Source: Haliotis cracherodii
Taxonomy: Eukaryota
Direction: 5' to 3'
Assembly (NCBI RefSeq): GCF_022045235.1
Contig: NW_027266268.1
Location: 11,966,001 to 12,030,000 of the forward strand
DNA length: 64,000 nucleotides
The notes under the pieces were generated by a model that was not told the DNA's origin, ran no database searches, and saw nothing but the letters and a program-made list of their open reading frames with translations. Shown one piece after another: positions 45,104-64,000 of this stretch. The position numbers were made by a program, and so were the translations under genes. Positions within the stretch are counted from its first letter, which is position 1. Every line of letters begins with the position of its first letter.

Positions 45104-45343
45104 TAACACATGTTATATTTGGGATACTACTTTCTTAGTAACGTACAGATTCTCGAACGTTTAGGGTTGAGTCAAATCCGGGATTCTAACCCACACTGCC
45201 AGGGTTAGATCGCTGACTGTGTGTGCTGGCGATTAGGTGACTTACTCTGTCAGTGTGCGTTCGAATCCCGGATGGGACTCAACCCAAACAGTACGAGAAT
45301 CTACTCTACTAAGAAGGTGTTATCCCAAATATAACATTTGTTA
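45104..45343. mobile_element. ~240-bp palindromic (foldback/MITE-like) element with B-box-like arms; internally deleted copy at ~50957-51065
   Basis: TAACACATGTTATATTTGGGATA..TTCTTAGTA..AGATTCTCG..GGGTTGAGTC..ATCCGGGATTC.AAC.CACACTG pairs with CAGTGTGCGTTCGAATCCCGGAT.GGACTCAACCC..CGAGAATCT..TACTAAGAA..TATCCCAAATATAACATTTGTTA. Confidence 0.8.
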
Positions 45344-46862
45344 CATTTGGCCACTTTCTAAATGGCATTGTGTATTCGTATTCACTTTTAAGATGATTTT
45401 CATAAAGGAAATTCATATGTTGATTAGTTAGTGTGCGATGTGTATAGATTTGTTGTACCGATCACTTAATCCTTTGCAGATGTACATGGAAATGTTCGGT
45501 TTGTTGCTAACTCCCAGGGTGGACAAAATATCGTTCGTAACAATCATGTATTTACAATCAGCAACAGACGAAACACCACTTTACGTTGGCCACAATCAAC
45601 ACTTTTATCACAACATTTCGTGATATATCAACAATCCCGGAGATGACAAGGACATTGTAATTCAAAAATTTCTCCCTGAGCTGAAAACCAAAGTTCGAAG
45701 TGAGAGGAAGATCCACTACATTTTAACAAAAGATAGCACACAAGCAAAGCTGATGTTGGAAACACTGCAACACCAGCAATGACACCAGGCGTTCAATATA
45801 ATGAAAAAAATCAAAGCCAGATAATAACCAGACCCAATTATCTGCCGAAACAGATTCCATTGGGCATAAAAAGCAAAATAGCGGTGAAAATTAAATGAAT
45901 GGATAATTGAAAACTCAAACAGTTGGGACAAAAAAGTATGTGTTTGTTACCTGACGCATGGGAAAGATTACGTTTGTGATTACATATATGCTCAGTAAAA
46001 CGGCAAGGAAATCTCATAAGGAATGACGTTCTACTTCTATCATTGATTCATTTTACTTTAAAAGCAGAAATCGAAATATATTTGAAACAGTTTTTCTACT
46101 AGTCAACGGAGTCAAGTTTTCAGCATTTCTGATTTTCAGGGACGACGTATCTATGAATAAAGCAAATAAAACTAAAACGCCTGATCATTGTTAATGACCC
46201 TTTGGCGGATGGAAGTAGCTGATATATTAATATACATATATATTTATATTTGGCTATTGATTGTGTATGGGTACGTGCATGTATGTATGTATTTATGAAT
46301 GCATGTGTATGTATGGTTAGTTATACGTGTGTGTATGTGATGTTTATTAACCTGAAAAACTCATTACACTGACATCTAAACCATTTTGTATACTGTGATG
46401 TAACATGCATGAACAGGATTGAAAAGAACATGTTACATACATTAAATCTTACATACAATAAAACATTTTTAGGTTATCTGCACTTGTGTTATCCTTTGGA
46501 TTGTGTAATGTATATCTGGCTTGTAAACAAATATAATGTGACAAAATGTTTCTCAATTTAAATCTGTCGAATATGAAATACATACATAACCTGCCGGTGT
46601 ACATTATAGAAAAATATGAACAGCAAATGAGACGACAAATATGTACAGCGTCGCAGTAACATATCATAATAGCTTCAATTGAATGAACATAATGCTGCTT
46701 AACCGGAGCTTAACCAATGACGATAACAATTGACTATGTTGGTAGTTACAGGCAGGGCAACAGCCAGCCAATCAGGAACAAGATTACAACAGGGGGTTAT
46801 ATAAACAGTCCCCGTGCAGTTATGGTCAGTTACAACTCAAGTGCCTTCCTCCAACATTCAAT

Positions 46863-49141
<2,279 letters not shown>

Positions 49142-52100
49142 ACTTGCTATTGTCCTGTACAGTCAGAAATAAATCTGAATCCCATCAGCAGTTTTGTTTC
49201 TATTTATATTCAACAATTCATACGAGTATCGAAAAGTGAGATATAGTTGTTTGGGTTTAACGACGCTTTTAACAGTATTCCAGTTATATTAACACAACGT
49301 GTCACCTTAACGGAAAACCGTAAGTGATGGAGGGCTCAGACGTTTATCAATTTGGCGAAACCCACAAGCCCGGGTAGGGACCTGACAAATGTTACAACAT
49401 AACTGGGGCAACGTTTGTCAAAGAAAACATGTTAATCGAAAATATTAAAGATACAATTACCTGCCATGTGCCACTCTAGAAACAAGAATTATCTTGAACG
49501 CGACGCCAAACCCAATTTCACCTCACCTCACCTCATCATTTTTTTTAAAAATGAACTCTAAACGAACATTTACATTTTCTAAAAGGTTATTATCCATAAA
49601 AAGTTATTCACTTGGTGAAAGAACAATTACTAGCCCTGAAACGTCATTGGAAACAATAAGAAGTTGTTATCCATAAAAAAAATTATCATGTTCTCGTGCG
49701 TAAAAACAAAGAGAATACGAAATATCATGAACATGGTCAAACTGTTTTCAAAAAAGATTCTTTAGACCATGGGCTGTTTTATTCTTCCGATATGACGAAA
49801 AACTGTTTGGCAACAACGCGAATACTGGCAGTTGCATTCTCCATAAACCTATAGTTCTACTTTGAAATATCAGCTAATATGGGCCATGACTAGTCCTCAA
49901 ATCCAATAACAGGTGTAACTTCGAAGTAAAACGTAGCAAATGACGGAAATGTCTTGCATATATAAATAAATAAATATATCTGGACTTTCGCTTTCTGGGT
50001 GATGAAATCAAACCATCAAAAGGTTTTACATTCGTTATCATTTTACCATTAATGGACGGGTTTCTAAGATTATTATTAAAACAAATGAACTATTTAGGCA
50101 GTTTACACATTGACTTTCACACATATACTTTAACACGATATGATAAGCACTAATCGGGGGAAATCATTACTTTGTGTTTCTAGTCAAAATAGTGCAAACA
50201 AAAAAATCACAGAATTCCAAGGGACTTTTCATAACTTCGTCACCATTACTGATGCGACCTCTAGGACGCCAACAATTCTTTCCAAGACCAAACTGTATTT
50301 CATTTTAGTTGATCAACGTGATGATACGACCATTTTCTATCAATAAAAGGGACAAATACGCTTCCGGGTGGCGCAGCACAGGTCGCGAAGTAGTCGAAAT
50401 TCTGGGATATCATCTATGTATCCACGGAAAGAAAATAACAAAGGCAACATTCCTTCACTTGAGAATTGTCAGAGATCAGATCCCCACGAAGACGTGCATC
50501 ACAGTGATTGAATAATGTGTGATCAACACTGTAATTGTCCAGACAATACCGACGACCGGGTATTTAATAATTAGTGTGATGACTAATAGGGAATATTACC
50601 TTTGGTTGGAAGATATCCAAGCAATTGGCAGATCAGTTAATCGTAGTTTGTGTCACAGTTCTTGATAATTGGCCCTGACAATGGTGGTGTACACAGACTG
50701 AGTGGCCCAATAGAGTGAATGTTCCTAAACTTTAAGATAACCCAAGCATATACAAGTTGGAAGAATGCGAAAAACTACACCTCTCCGTGTGCTAATGTCA
50801 CTGTGCCCTCACCCTGGGTGTTGTTATATGGGATTAAGAGCTACAGCTCGCTGCATTTTTGCTTTTTAGTGGACATGTGCAGATGAAGTAAGCATCAACA
50901 CTGCCCAATTAGTGTTGGGCCATGTGGATACCTGATAGATGAACACTTTTAAGACGTAACACATGTTATATTACGGATAACACTTTCTTAGTAACATACA
51001 GATTCTCGTACTTTTGGGGTTGAGTCAAATCCGGGATTCTAACCCACACTAATATAACATTTGTTACATTTGACCACTTTCTAAATGGTATCATGTATTC
51101 GTATTCACTTTCAAAATGATTTTCGTAAAGGAAATTAATATGTTGATCAGTTAGTGTGCCATGTGTATAGATTTGTTGTACCGATCACACAAAAAATGGC
51201 AAATGTTCATGGAAATGTTCGGTTTGTTGCTAACTCCCAGGGTGGACAAAATATCGTTCGTAACAATCAAGTATTTACAATCAGCAACAGACGAAACACC
51301 ACTTTACGTTGGCCACAATCAACACATTCAACACTTTTATCACAACTTTTCGTGATATATCAACAATCCCGGAGATGACAAGGACATTGTAATTCAAAAA
51401 TTTCTCCCTGAGCTGAAAACCAAAGTTCGAAGTGAGAGGAAGATCCACTACATTTTAACAAAAGATAGCACACAAGCAAAGCTGATGTTGGAAACACTGC
51501 AACACCAGCAATGACACCAGGCGTTCAATATAATGAAAAACATCAAAGCCAGATAATAACCAGACCCAATTATTTGCCAAAACAGATTCTATTGGGCATA
51601 AAAAGCAAAATAGCGGTGAAAATTATATGGATGGATAATTGAAAGCTCAAACAGTTGGGACAAAAAAGTATGTGTTTGTTACCTGACGCATGGGAAAGAT
51701 TACGTTTGTGATTACATATATGCTCAGTAAAACGGCAAGGAAATCTCATAAGGAATGACGTTCTACTTCTATCATTGATTCATTTTACTTTAAAAGCAGA
51801 AATCGAAATATATTTGAAACAGTTTTTCTACTAGTCAACGGAGTCAAGTTTTCAGCATTTCTGATTTTCAGGGACGACGTATCTATGAATAAAGCAAATA
51901 AAACTAAAACGCCTGATCATTGTTAATGACCCTTTGGCGGATGGAAGAAGCTGATATATTAATATACATATATATTTATATTTGGCTATTGATTGTGTAT
52001 GGGTACGTGCATGTATGTATGTATTTATAAATGCATGTGTATGTATGGTAAGATGTGTATATATGGTTAGTTATACGTGTGTGTATGTGATGTTTATCAA

Positions 52101-52612
52101 CCTGAAAAACTCATTACACTGACATCTAAATCATTGTGTATACTGTGATGTAGCATGCATGAACAGGATTGAAAAGAACATGTTACATACATTAAATCTT
52201 ACATACAGTCAAACATTTTTAGGTTATCTGCACTTGTGTTATCCTTTGGATTGTGTAATGTATATCTGGCTTGTAAACAAATATAATGTGCCAAAATTTT
52301 TCTCAATTTAAATCTGTCGAATATGAAATACATACATAACCTGCCGGTGTACATTATAGAAAAATATGAACAGCAAATGAGACGACAAATATGTACAGCG
52401 TCGCAGTAACATATCATAATAGCTTCAATTGAATGAACATAATGCTGCTTAACCGGAGCTTAACCAATGACGATAACAATTGACTATGTTGATAGTTACA
52501 GGCAGGGCAACAGCCAGCCAATCAGGAACAAGATTACAACATGGGGTTATATAAACAGTTCTCGTGTAGTTATGGTCAGTTACAACTCAAGTGCCTTCCT
52601 CCAACATTCAAT

Positions 52613-54850
<2,238 letters not shown>

Positions 54851-55923
54851 ACTTGCTATTGTCCTGTACAGTCAGAAATAAATCTGAATCCAATCATTAT
54901 TTTTGTTTCTATAATATTTATATTCAATAATTCATATTGGTGTCACAAAACGAGTTATTGATTTGGGTTTATCGACTCTTTTAACAGTATTCAAGTTATT
55001 TTATCACATCATGTAACCTTGATGGAAAGGCCAAATTGATGCAGGTATCAGATTAACTATTCTTTCCTCAATACAGTCAGAAATTTCTTAAACTTTAATC
55101 TGTCTTGTCAATACACATTATTGGTTAGAAATTAAGCATAGCAGCTTTCAAGAGCGAATAAACCTTGGCAATGGTTATAAAATGTTATAGAATGTAAGGG
55201 CAAGAAAAACAAAGCAAACACTGCTTCAGCATATGAACACATAACTTATATTTTCCTACTTACTTTTGTAAAGGGTGTTTAGGTACATTGTATCTTCGTA
55301 TTTTCCAGTTCTATATGTCTCAGTGCTTACTGCAAGAAAAGACATTTTAACATAAACAATATTTCGTATGCTTTGAATGTTCTGACAATATAACGGAATC
55401 TGTTTGGACAGTATTGCAGTTATACCATGGCGTATCAGCTTAATGTGTGTTGAATAGCCCAAAGTGATGCAGGTCTCAGACGTTTACCAATTTGGTGAAA
55501 CCCATGGCCACGAGCACGGGTATGGTCCTGACAAACATAGAAACATAACCGGGGCGATGTTTGTCAAAGAAAACGTGTAATGTAAAATATAAAAGATACA
55601 CTTACTTACCACGTTCCACTTTAGAAGCACGAATTATCTTGAACCCGACAGCAAACCCCACTTCATCTCACCTCACCTTAGCAGCATTGGCTCCGACAAT
55701 GCAGGCGTGCATAGACTGACTGGCCTTATATAGTGGGTGTTGCTATACTTGTATGTTGGCGGTGAGAAGATAACCAAAGCATACAGAAATTGGAAGAACA
55801 TGAAAAAATACACCTCTGTGTGGTTTAACCGCACTGTGCCCTCACCCCTGGGTTGGATTAAGAGCTACAGTTCACTGCATGTTTTTGTTATAGTCTGTCT
55901 CATTGATTTGGACATGAACACTT

Positions 55924-56206
55924 GAGTGAGTGAGTTGGGTTTAACGCCGATTTTAACAGTATTCCAGTTATATCACGGCGCGCGTGTCATCTTAATGTGG
56001 GACGAAAGCCCGAAGTGATGCAGGTCTCAGACGTTTACCACTTCAATGAAACCCACGAGCACGGGTATGGTGCTCACAAACCTGGAAACATAATTGGGGC
56101 CAACCGGGATTCGAACTCACAATCATAGGTTTCTGGCGTGCCCAAGGGACGCAATTCTGCAAAGCGAATCACGGCGCCTTAGACGACTGGGCCACCCGTG
56201 CCCCCC
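55924..56206 (-). mobile_element. SINE family A, full length (reference copy)
   Basis: Minus strand reads GGGGGGCACGGGTGGCCCAGTCGTCTAAGGCGCC (A box), then GAGTTCGAATCCC (B box), then tail CGCCGTGATATAACTGGAATACTGTTAAAATCGGCGTTAAACCCAACTCACTCACTC. Decayed 3' pieces also lie at ~43385-43550, ~49246-49410, ~55430-55555 and ~61120-61285. Confidence 0.85.
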
Positions 56207-57310
56207 TTTTAAGCTGATATTCATACATGAAATTCACATGTTGATTAGGAGGTGTGCCATGTGTACTGATTTGTTGTACCGATCACACATTCACTGTAAA
56301 TGATCGGTTTGTTGTTAACTCCCAGGGTGGGTAGAAGTAAGTTTATAATGATCATAGATTTAGCACCAAGAACAGACGAAACAGCACTGTACACTGGACA
56401 CAATCAACGCTTCCAACAGCTTAATCACAACTTATCGTGATATACACAACCACACTGGACATGGACATTGTTATTCAAGAATTCCCCCTAACGTGAAAAC
56501 CAAAGTTCGGAGTGAGAGGAAGCCTGTTCTAACCACCCCAACAACTACAAGTGTGTAGACATCGGGAAGGAACAGTCTAATCCTGAGAATTTCAAGCAGG
56601 TTCACCAAAGAGAAGAAAATATCGCAACCTCGACACAAGCATGGTCAGTGAAAAGATTGACATTATGACCAGCAGAAAAGCCCCAATTGGGTATGCCGAT
56701 GCTGTATCCCCTTTTGTTGTCCTGTAAACGTGTTTAAAGATGGTTGTACGGGTAAATCATTGAGATGGTAACCGTAAATTACAACCATGTCATATAATTG
56801 ATTTCCAGAATGTATGTTTCAGAATATATATCGTACTTTGTTTGAAGATGTATGTAGGTGTTAACCATTAAATATATATTAAATCAATAACCATAATTAT
56901 TCATATAATTGATGTTAAATGGATATGTATCTTAATATGTTTCTTGGAATGTACTTTATCATGTAGTTTATCTGTATATTTGTAATGTGTATAGGAATAA
57001 TTGAATAAACGTATACCTAATATTCTGCAATAGACAATAGTTAATCACCCTATTGTCTCCCCATTTACCATGACTGACTGCCCTTGTACCCAGAACAGTA
57101 GGTGAGGGCACAGTCAGGTGTCCCTATCTTTGTAGACCACTTAAATCAGGACTGTTCCATTGCAGCTGTAGGTATTGTCTTCATTAATCCCCACTGTCCG
57201 AGAATTGGCTGGCTAATTGATGGATGTCTAACTAATTAGATATAACCGATGAAGGATTAGGTAAGTGTGCTGAAGTATGCATAATTAACATCCAACGTTC
57301 AAGCGGTTTT

Positions 57311-57470
57311 GGGGCGGTGGGGCAGCCTTGTGTTTAAAGCGTTTGCTCGTCACGCCGAAGGCCCGGGTTCGATTCCCAATATTGGCACAATGCGTGAAGC
57401 CCGTTTCTGGTCTCCCTGTCGCGATAGTTCTGGAATATTGCTAACAGCGGCGTAGAATCATACTCACTCC
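57311..57470 (+). mobile_element. SINE family C
   Basis: Same element and flanks as 39893-40050. Confidence 0.85.
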
Positions 57471-58460
57471 ACCAACAACAGTATTTCATTACCAATGAGA
57501 TATTATCTAATCAGCAATATCCACTACATTTTAACAAAAACTAGCACACAAGCAAAGCTGATGTTTGAAAGACTGCAACACCAGCAATGACACCAGGCCT
57601 TTTAAAAAAATGAAAATCGTCACCGTCAGAGAATAACCAGTGTCAATTATCTGCCGAAACAGATTCCATTGGGCGTAAAAGGCAAAATAGCGGTGAAAAC
57701 TATATGAATGGCTCATTGAAACTGTGTGATGAAACCAGGAGCTCACGAAAAGGATAAGCATGTCCTGTAACCGTCACTCAAACAATTTGCATAAAAAGTA
57801 AGTGTTTGTTGCCTGACTCAGGGAAAGATTACATTTGCGATTACATATGTGCTCAGTAAAAGGGTAAGGAAATTACATTCATTTATCAGTCAACGTTCTT
57901 CTTCTATCATTGATTAACTTCAATTTGAAAGTACAACACGAAGTATATTATGTTGTCAATAGTAAGAACAACCTTAAAACTGGATTTCTAGGTTTTCAGC
58001 ACTCCCGATTTTCACGGTCACCTAAAATGTGCCAAAGCCAAACATATCATATCTGTAACATTTTGCTTATAACAAAATGCTTCCAAATGTAAATATGTCG
58101 AGCATGACATGCATAGCCTGCGGATGTACATCTTTGTTTGACAATAATAGGAAATTTGAACATGAAAAGAGAAAAATATGTACACAGATCGGGAGAGATA
58201 TCAGGGTCGCTGAAACATAGTATAATAGCTTTAATTGAATAACCACAATGCTGCTTAACTGGGGCTTAACAAATGACGATAACAATTGACTATGTTGGTA
58301 GTTACGGGCAGGACAACAGCTAGCCAATCAGGAACAAGATTACCAGACGGGGTTATATAAACAGTCTCCGTGTAGGTATGGTCAGTTACAACCCAAGTGC
58401 CCAACGTGTATTCTACAGCAGTAAGGATTTACCGCCTCCTTCCTTCCTCCAACATTCAAT

Positions 58461-61014
<2,554 letters not shown>

Positions 61015-63655
61015 ACTTGCTATTGTCCTGTACAGTCAGAAATAAATCTGAATCCAATAAGCAGTTTTGTTTCTATTTATAGTAATCAAATCATACGTGT
61101 GTCAAAGAATGATTTGGTGATTTGGGTTTAACGACGCTTTTAACAGTAAACCAGTTATATAATGACAGCGTGTCACCTTCATGGAAAGCCCAAAGTGAAG
61201 CAAGTCTCAGACGTTTACCAATTTGGTGAAAACCCACGAGCTCGGGTATGATCCTCACAAACATAGAAACATTACCGGGGCGACGTTTGTCCCAAAAAAA
61301 TGTGATTGTGGAAAATATGGAGATACAATTACTTATCATGTGCCATTTTAGAAGCAAGAATTATCTTGAACGCGACGTTAAACCCTGCTTCACCTCACCT
61401 CACCTTAGCAGCAGGAAACGCCATCACAATATATATAGTTTTCCTTACACTTACTACCTTTTTACAATTGACCTCTAAACCAACAATTGCATTCTCTGAA
61501 AAGTTGTTATCCATAAAAGAGTTATTCACCTGGTTGTAGGAAGGGTAAGGAAGAAACCGAAAAAACTGTTTGACGACAGCACGAATACTGATTCAATTAT
61601 TTCGGGTCGAGAACACTGAACATAGTTGCTTGCTCCATAAACCTACACTTCTACTTTGACATGACTTGTTTTATTTTGAACCATCCAAATTAGTTGTATT
61701 TTAAATTTTATACATGACCATATTGGATAGCCGTCGATGCAGGTTCATAGATACATGTACTTAACCTGCTTCCTGGTGATCATTGGTCCTTTTGTATATG
61801 TAGATCCTGATAGTCTTGCTTCTGTGGCCTGAAATGTACATTGACGATTTATTCGTAGACATTTATACAGGTTGAATAAGGTGAGGGCCATTATGTGAAC
61901 ATGACATAACAGATGTATAAAACCTTGTCCACTCATTTAGTGGCAATTTTTGTACTTGCACAAAAATAACGAACCATTAACTTCAGATTCTTGTGCAACT
62001 AGATCATTGAAATCATCAGTTAAATAGTTGAGCTATCAAAGTTTGAGATGATAAATATATGGAAAGCTGAATTGTCAAAAGATACACGGAACACTACGAC
62101 ATCAAGTGTCAACCATCCCCAGGAAAATTGTACAACTTCATTGCCAGAACATTATATTACTCGCCACAACGATCCCTACTTTTCAAACAAACGAATTAAA
62201 ACATCTTTCTCTCTAACTTTCTCACGTCTATATGTCTGTTACTGAAGACTGGCTGACACCCTCGGTAATCCGGTTTCATGACAATTGGCGCAACCGATTA
62301 TAAATTCGAATCACATTCTTTCCGAAAACGAATATTAAATTCCGAATTTGTTGATTTAGGATATTTCAGATGAACAGTTGACTTTCCTTTGCATGTGTTT
62401 ATGGCGGATGTCACCGATGGGACAGGATACGCTCACCTATACACGTAAAGTACCTGGTATCATGACTGTGATTCCTATCATCACAGTGATTCATAAACAC
62501 ATTCTCGATATCTTATCGGAATCTACAATCTTATGAATATGGAAAGGGTTTTGTTACTTTTATTTATATAACATTAAAAACATTTCTCCGACGTTTTAGT
62601 TAAAAAAGTAAACTCTCGGGATTGGATCCTTCATGTTTACATTTTCAACCAAAAACTTTCTCAACGCTTTTTCTCATTAACTCACGGTCAGTCCGGCGTC
62701 TTTATGTCTCTGCTAACAATTTATACCCAAGGCATGTCCTCCAGAGCAGCAGGATATATGTATCATGAGAAGAACCAAGAGAAAGCCCGATGTTAAATTG
62801 TTTTCATTTCTAGCCGTGTGTTTGCACCCCATGTATCCGATAAATAGATATAGTGATAAACCCGTTTACAACTAAACGTTTATCACAGTGTGTATTCAGT
62901 CACAAATCAATTTACAAATTGCCACGTCCACAAACATCACATCATTAATTTTGTGTTACACATCTCTGTCTGAAGTAGGTAGCATAGTAAATCGTCATTC
63001 ACAACTGATAAAAATAGCATGTGTATAATTATGAAATATATTTTGCAAACATGTCTGTATTCAAATATAATACAGTCTGCACACCAAATAGGGATGACAA
63101 GATACGATCTTCTTTAACGCAATAATGAGCATGCTTGTAGAGCTTACTTTTATTCAACATACGGGATTGTCATAACATTAATATTCGTCTTCGGACCACA
63201 CTGTCTTATAGATTTAATTACGTATACTTTTTTTCTTGTAAACAAAAGCGACAAAATCCTTTCCATATTCGTAAGAAATCTTTGCTAAAAGCAGAGTCGA
63301 TCGTACGATTCCGAATGTATCATGAGCATGTATCAATGAGTGATGATACCAGGTGTTCGCGAAAAAATGAGTCTATCCTGCCAGTCTAACCTCGTTACAC
63401 GTACATGCAAAGGCAAGTCAACTGTTTTCCTGAACAAACAGGGGAACTTGTGGTACAAGTAGAAATAGAGAATTGCATCGGACATTATTTTGTCACTTAT
63501 GCGTCAAATGTGTATTGTAACATAAATGTAGGTATGTTCCCTGATCTGATTGGTTAAAAAGTGTTGTCGAATGAGCATAACATCGCTGAATTTTTGGGGT
63601 CTCATCACCGTGTATGTATACATTAATTAATGGAACTATTTTTGAAATCATCAAC

Positions 63656-63764
63656 ATGGAGGAACAGATGGAAATTTACCCTGACTTCCACATCGGAGAT
63701 TTCGATGAAATATTGAGTGAATGGGGCGACGAGACATTTTCTGAGATAATACAAGAATTTGAAG
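63656..63764 (+). CDS. Possible first coding exon of an unidentified gene or transposon gene (acidic peptide MEEQMEIYPDFHIGDFDEILSEWGDETFSEIIQEFE)
   Basis: TCAACATG start context, 36 open codons, AAG|gtaaat donor. A phase-compatible open segment follows at 63953-64000 behind a weak acceptor. No recognisable domain. Confidence 0.35.
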
Positions 63765-64000
63765 GTAAATGAAATTTACCTTTTTCCATTAATTACAAAA
63801 TCATAATCATAAATAATGTAATTTTCTTGGGCTTGGCCAAAGGAAAAAACAAAACAAAATCAATTTTTAACAGAGTAAAAAACATTTATTGCAACTCAAT
63901 AATGACTTTCATACATCCACCTAATTTTGTTCTTATTATAACCCACAAAAAGCTGTTGAAGCTGAAAACCGTTCTGAGATGGCCCCCGAACTAGGAAATA

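Overview
This is AT-rich, intron-rich animal genomic DNA, probably from a mollusc (inferred from the temptin domain and SINE landscape, not from a database search). Left third, minus strand: a nearly complete 9-exon gene (8358-18190; start exon uncertain) for a secreted protein that joins an N-terminal temptin-like domain to a copper type II ascorbate-dependent monooxygenase (DBH/MOXD1/TBH-like) catalytic region. It keeps all six Cu ligands, lacks a DOMON domain and ends in a GPI-signal-like tail. The first two coding exons of a tandem paralog lie at 1041-5293 and the rest runs off the left edge. Right two-thirds, plus strand: a head-to-tail array of six intact 4-exon beta-tubulin genes (446 aa, identical intron positions); copies 3-6 repeat every ~5.8 kb. 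The array shows mosaic ancestry, four protein variants, an axonemal EGEF tail motif, conserved CCAAT/TATA promoters and a poly(A) signal in a conserved hairpin loop. Non-coding DNA holds three SINE-like families with a shared 3' tail, MITEs and palindromes, decayed LINE pieces, a 37-bp minisatellite, microsatellites and one N-gap. A possible further gene starts at 63656. Coordinates were read by eye; nothing was searched or computed.
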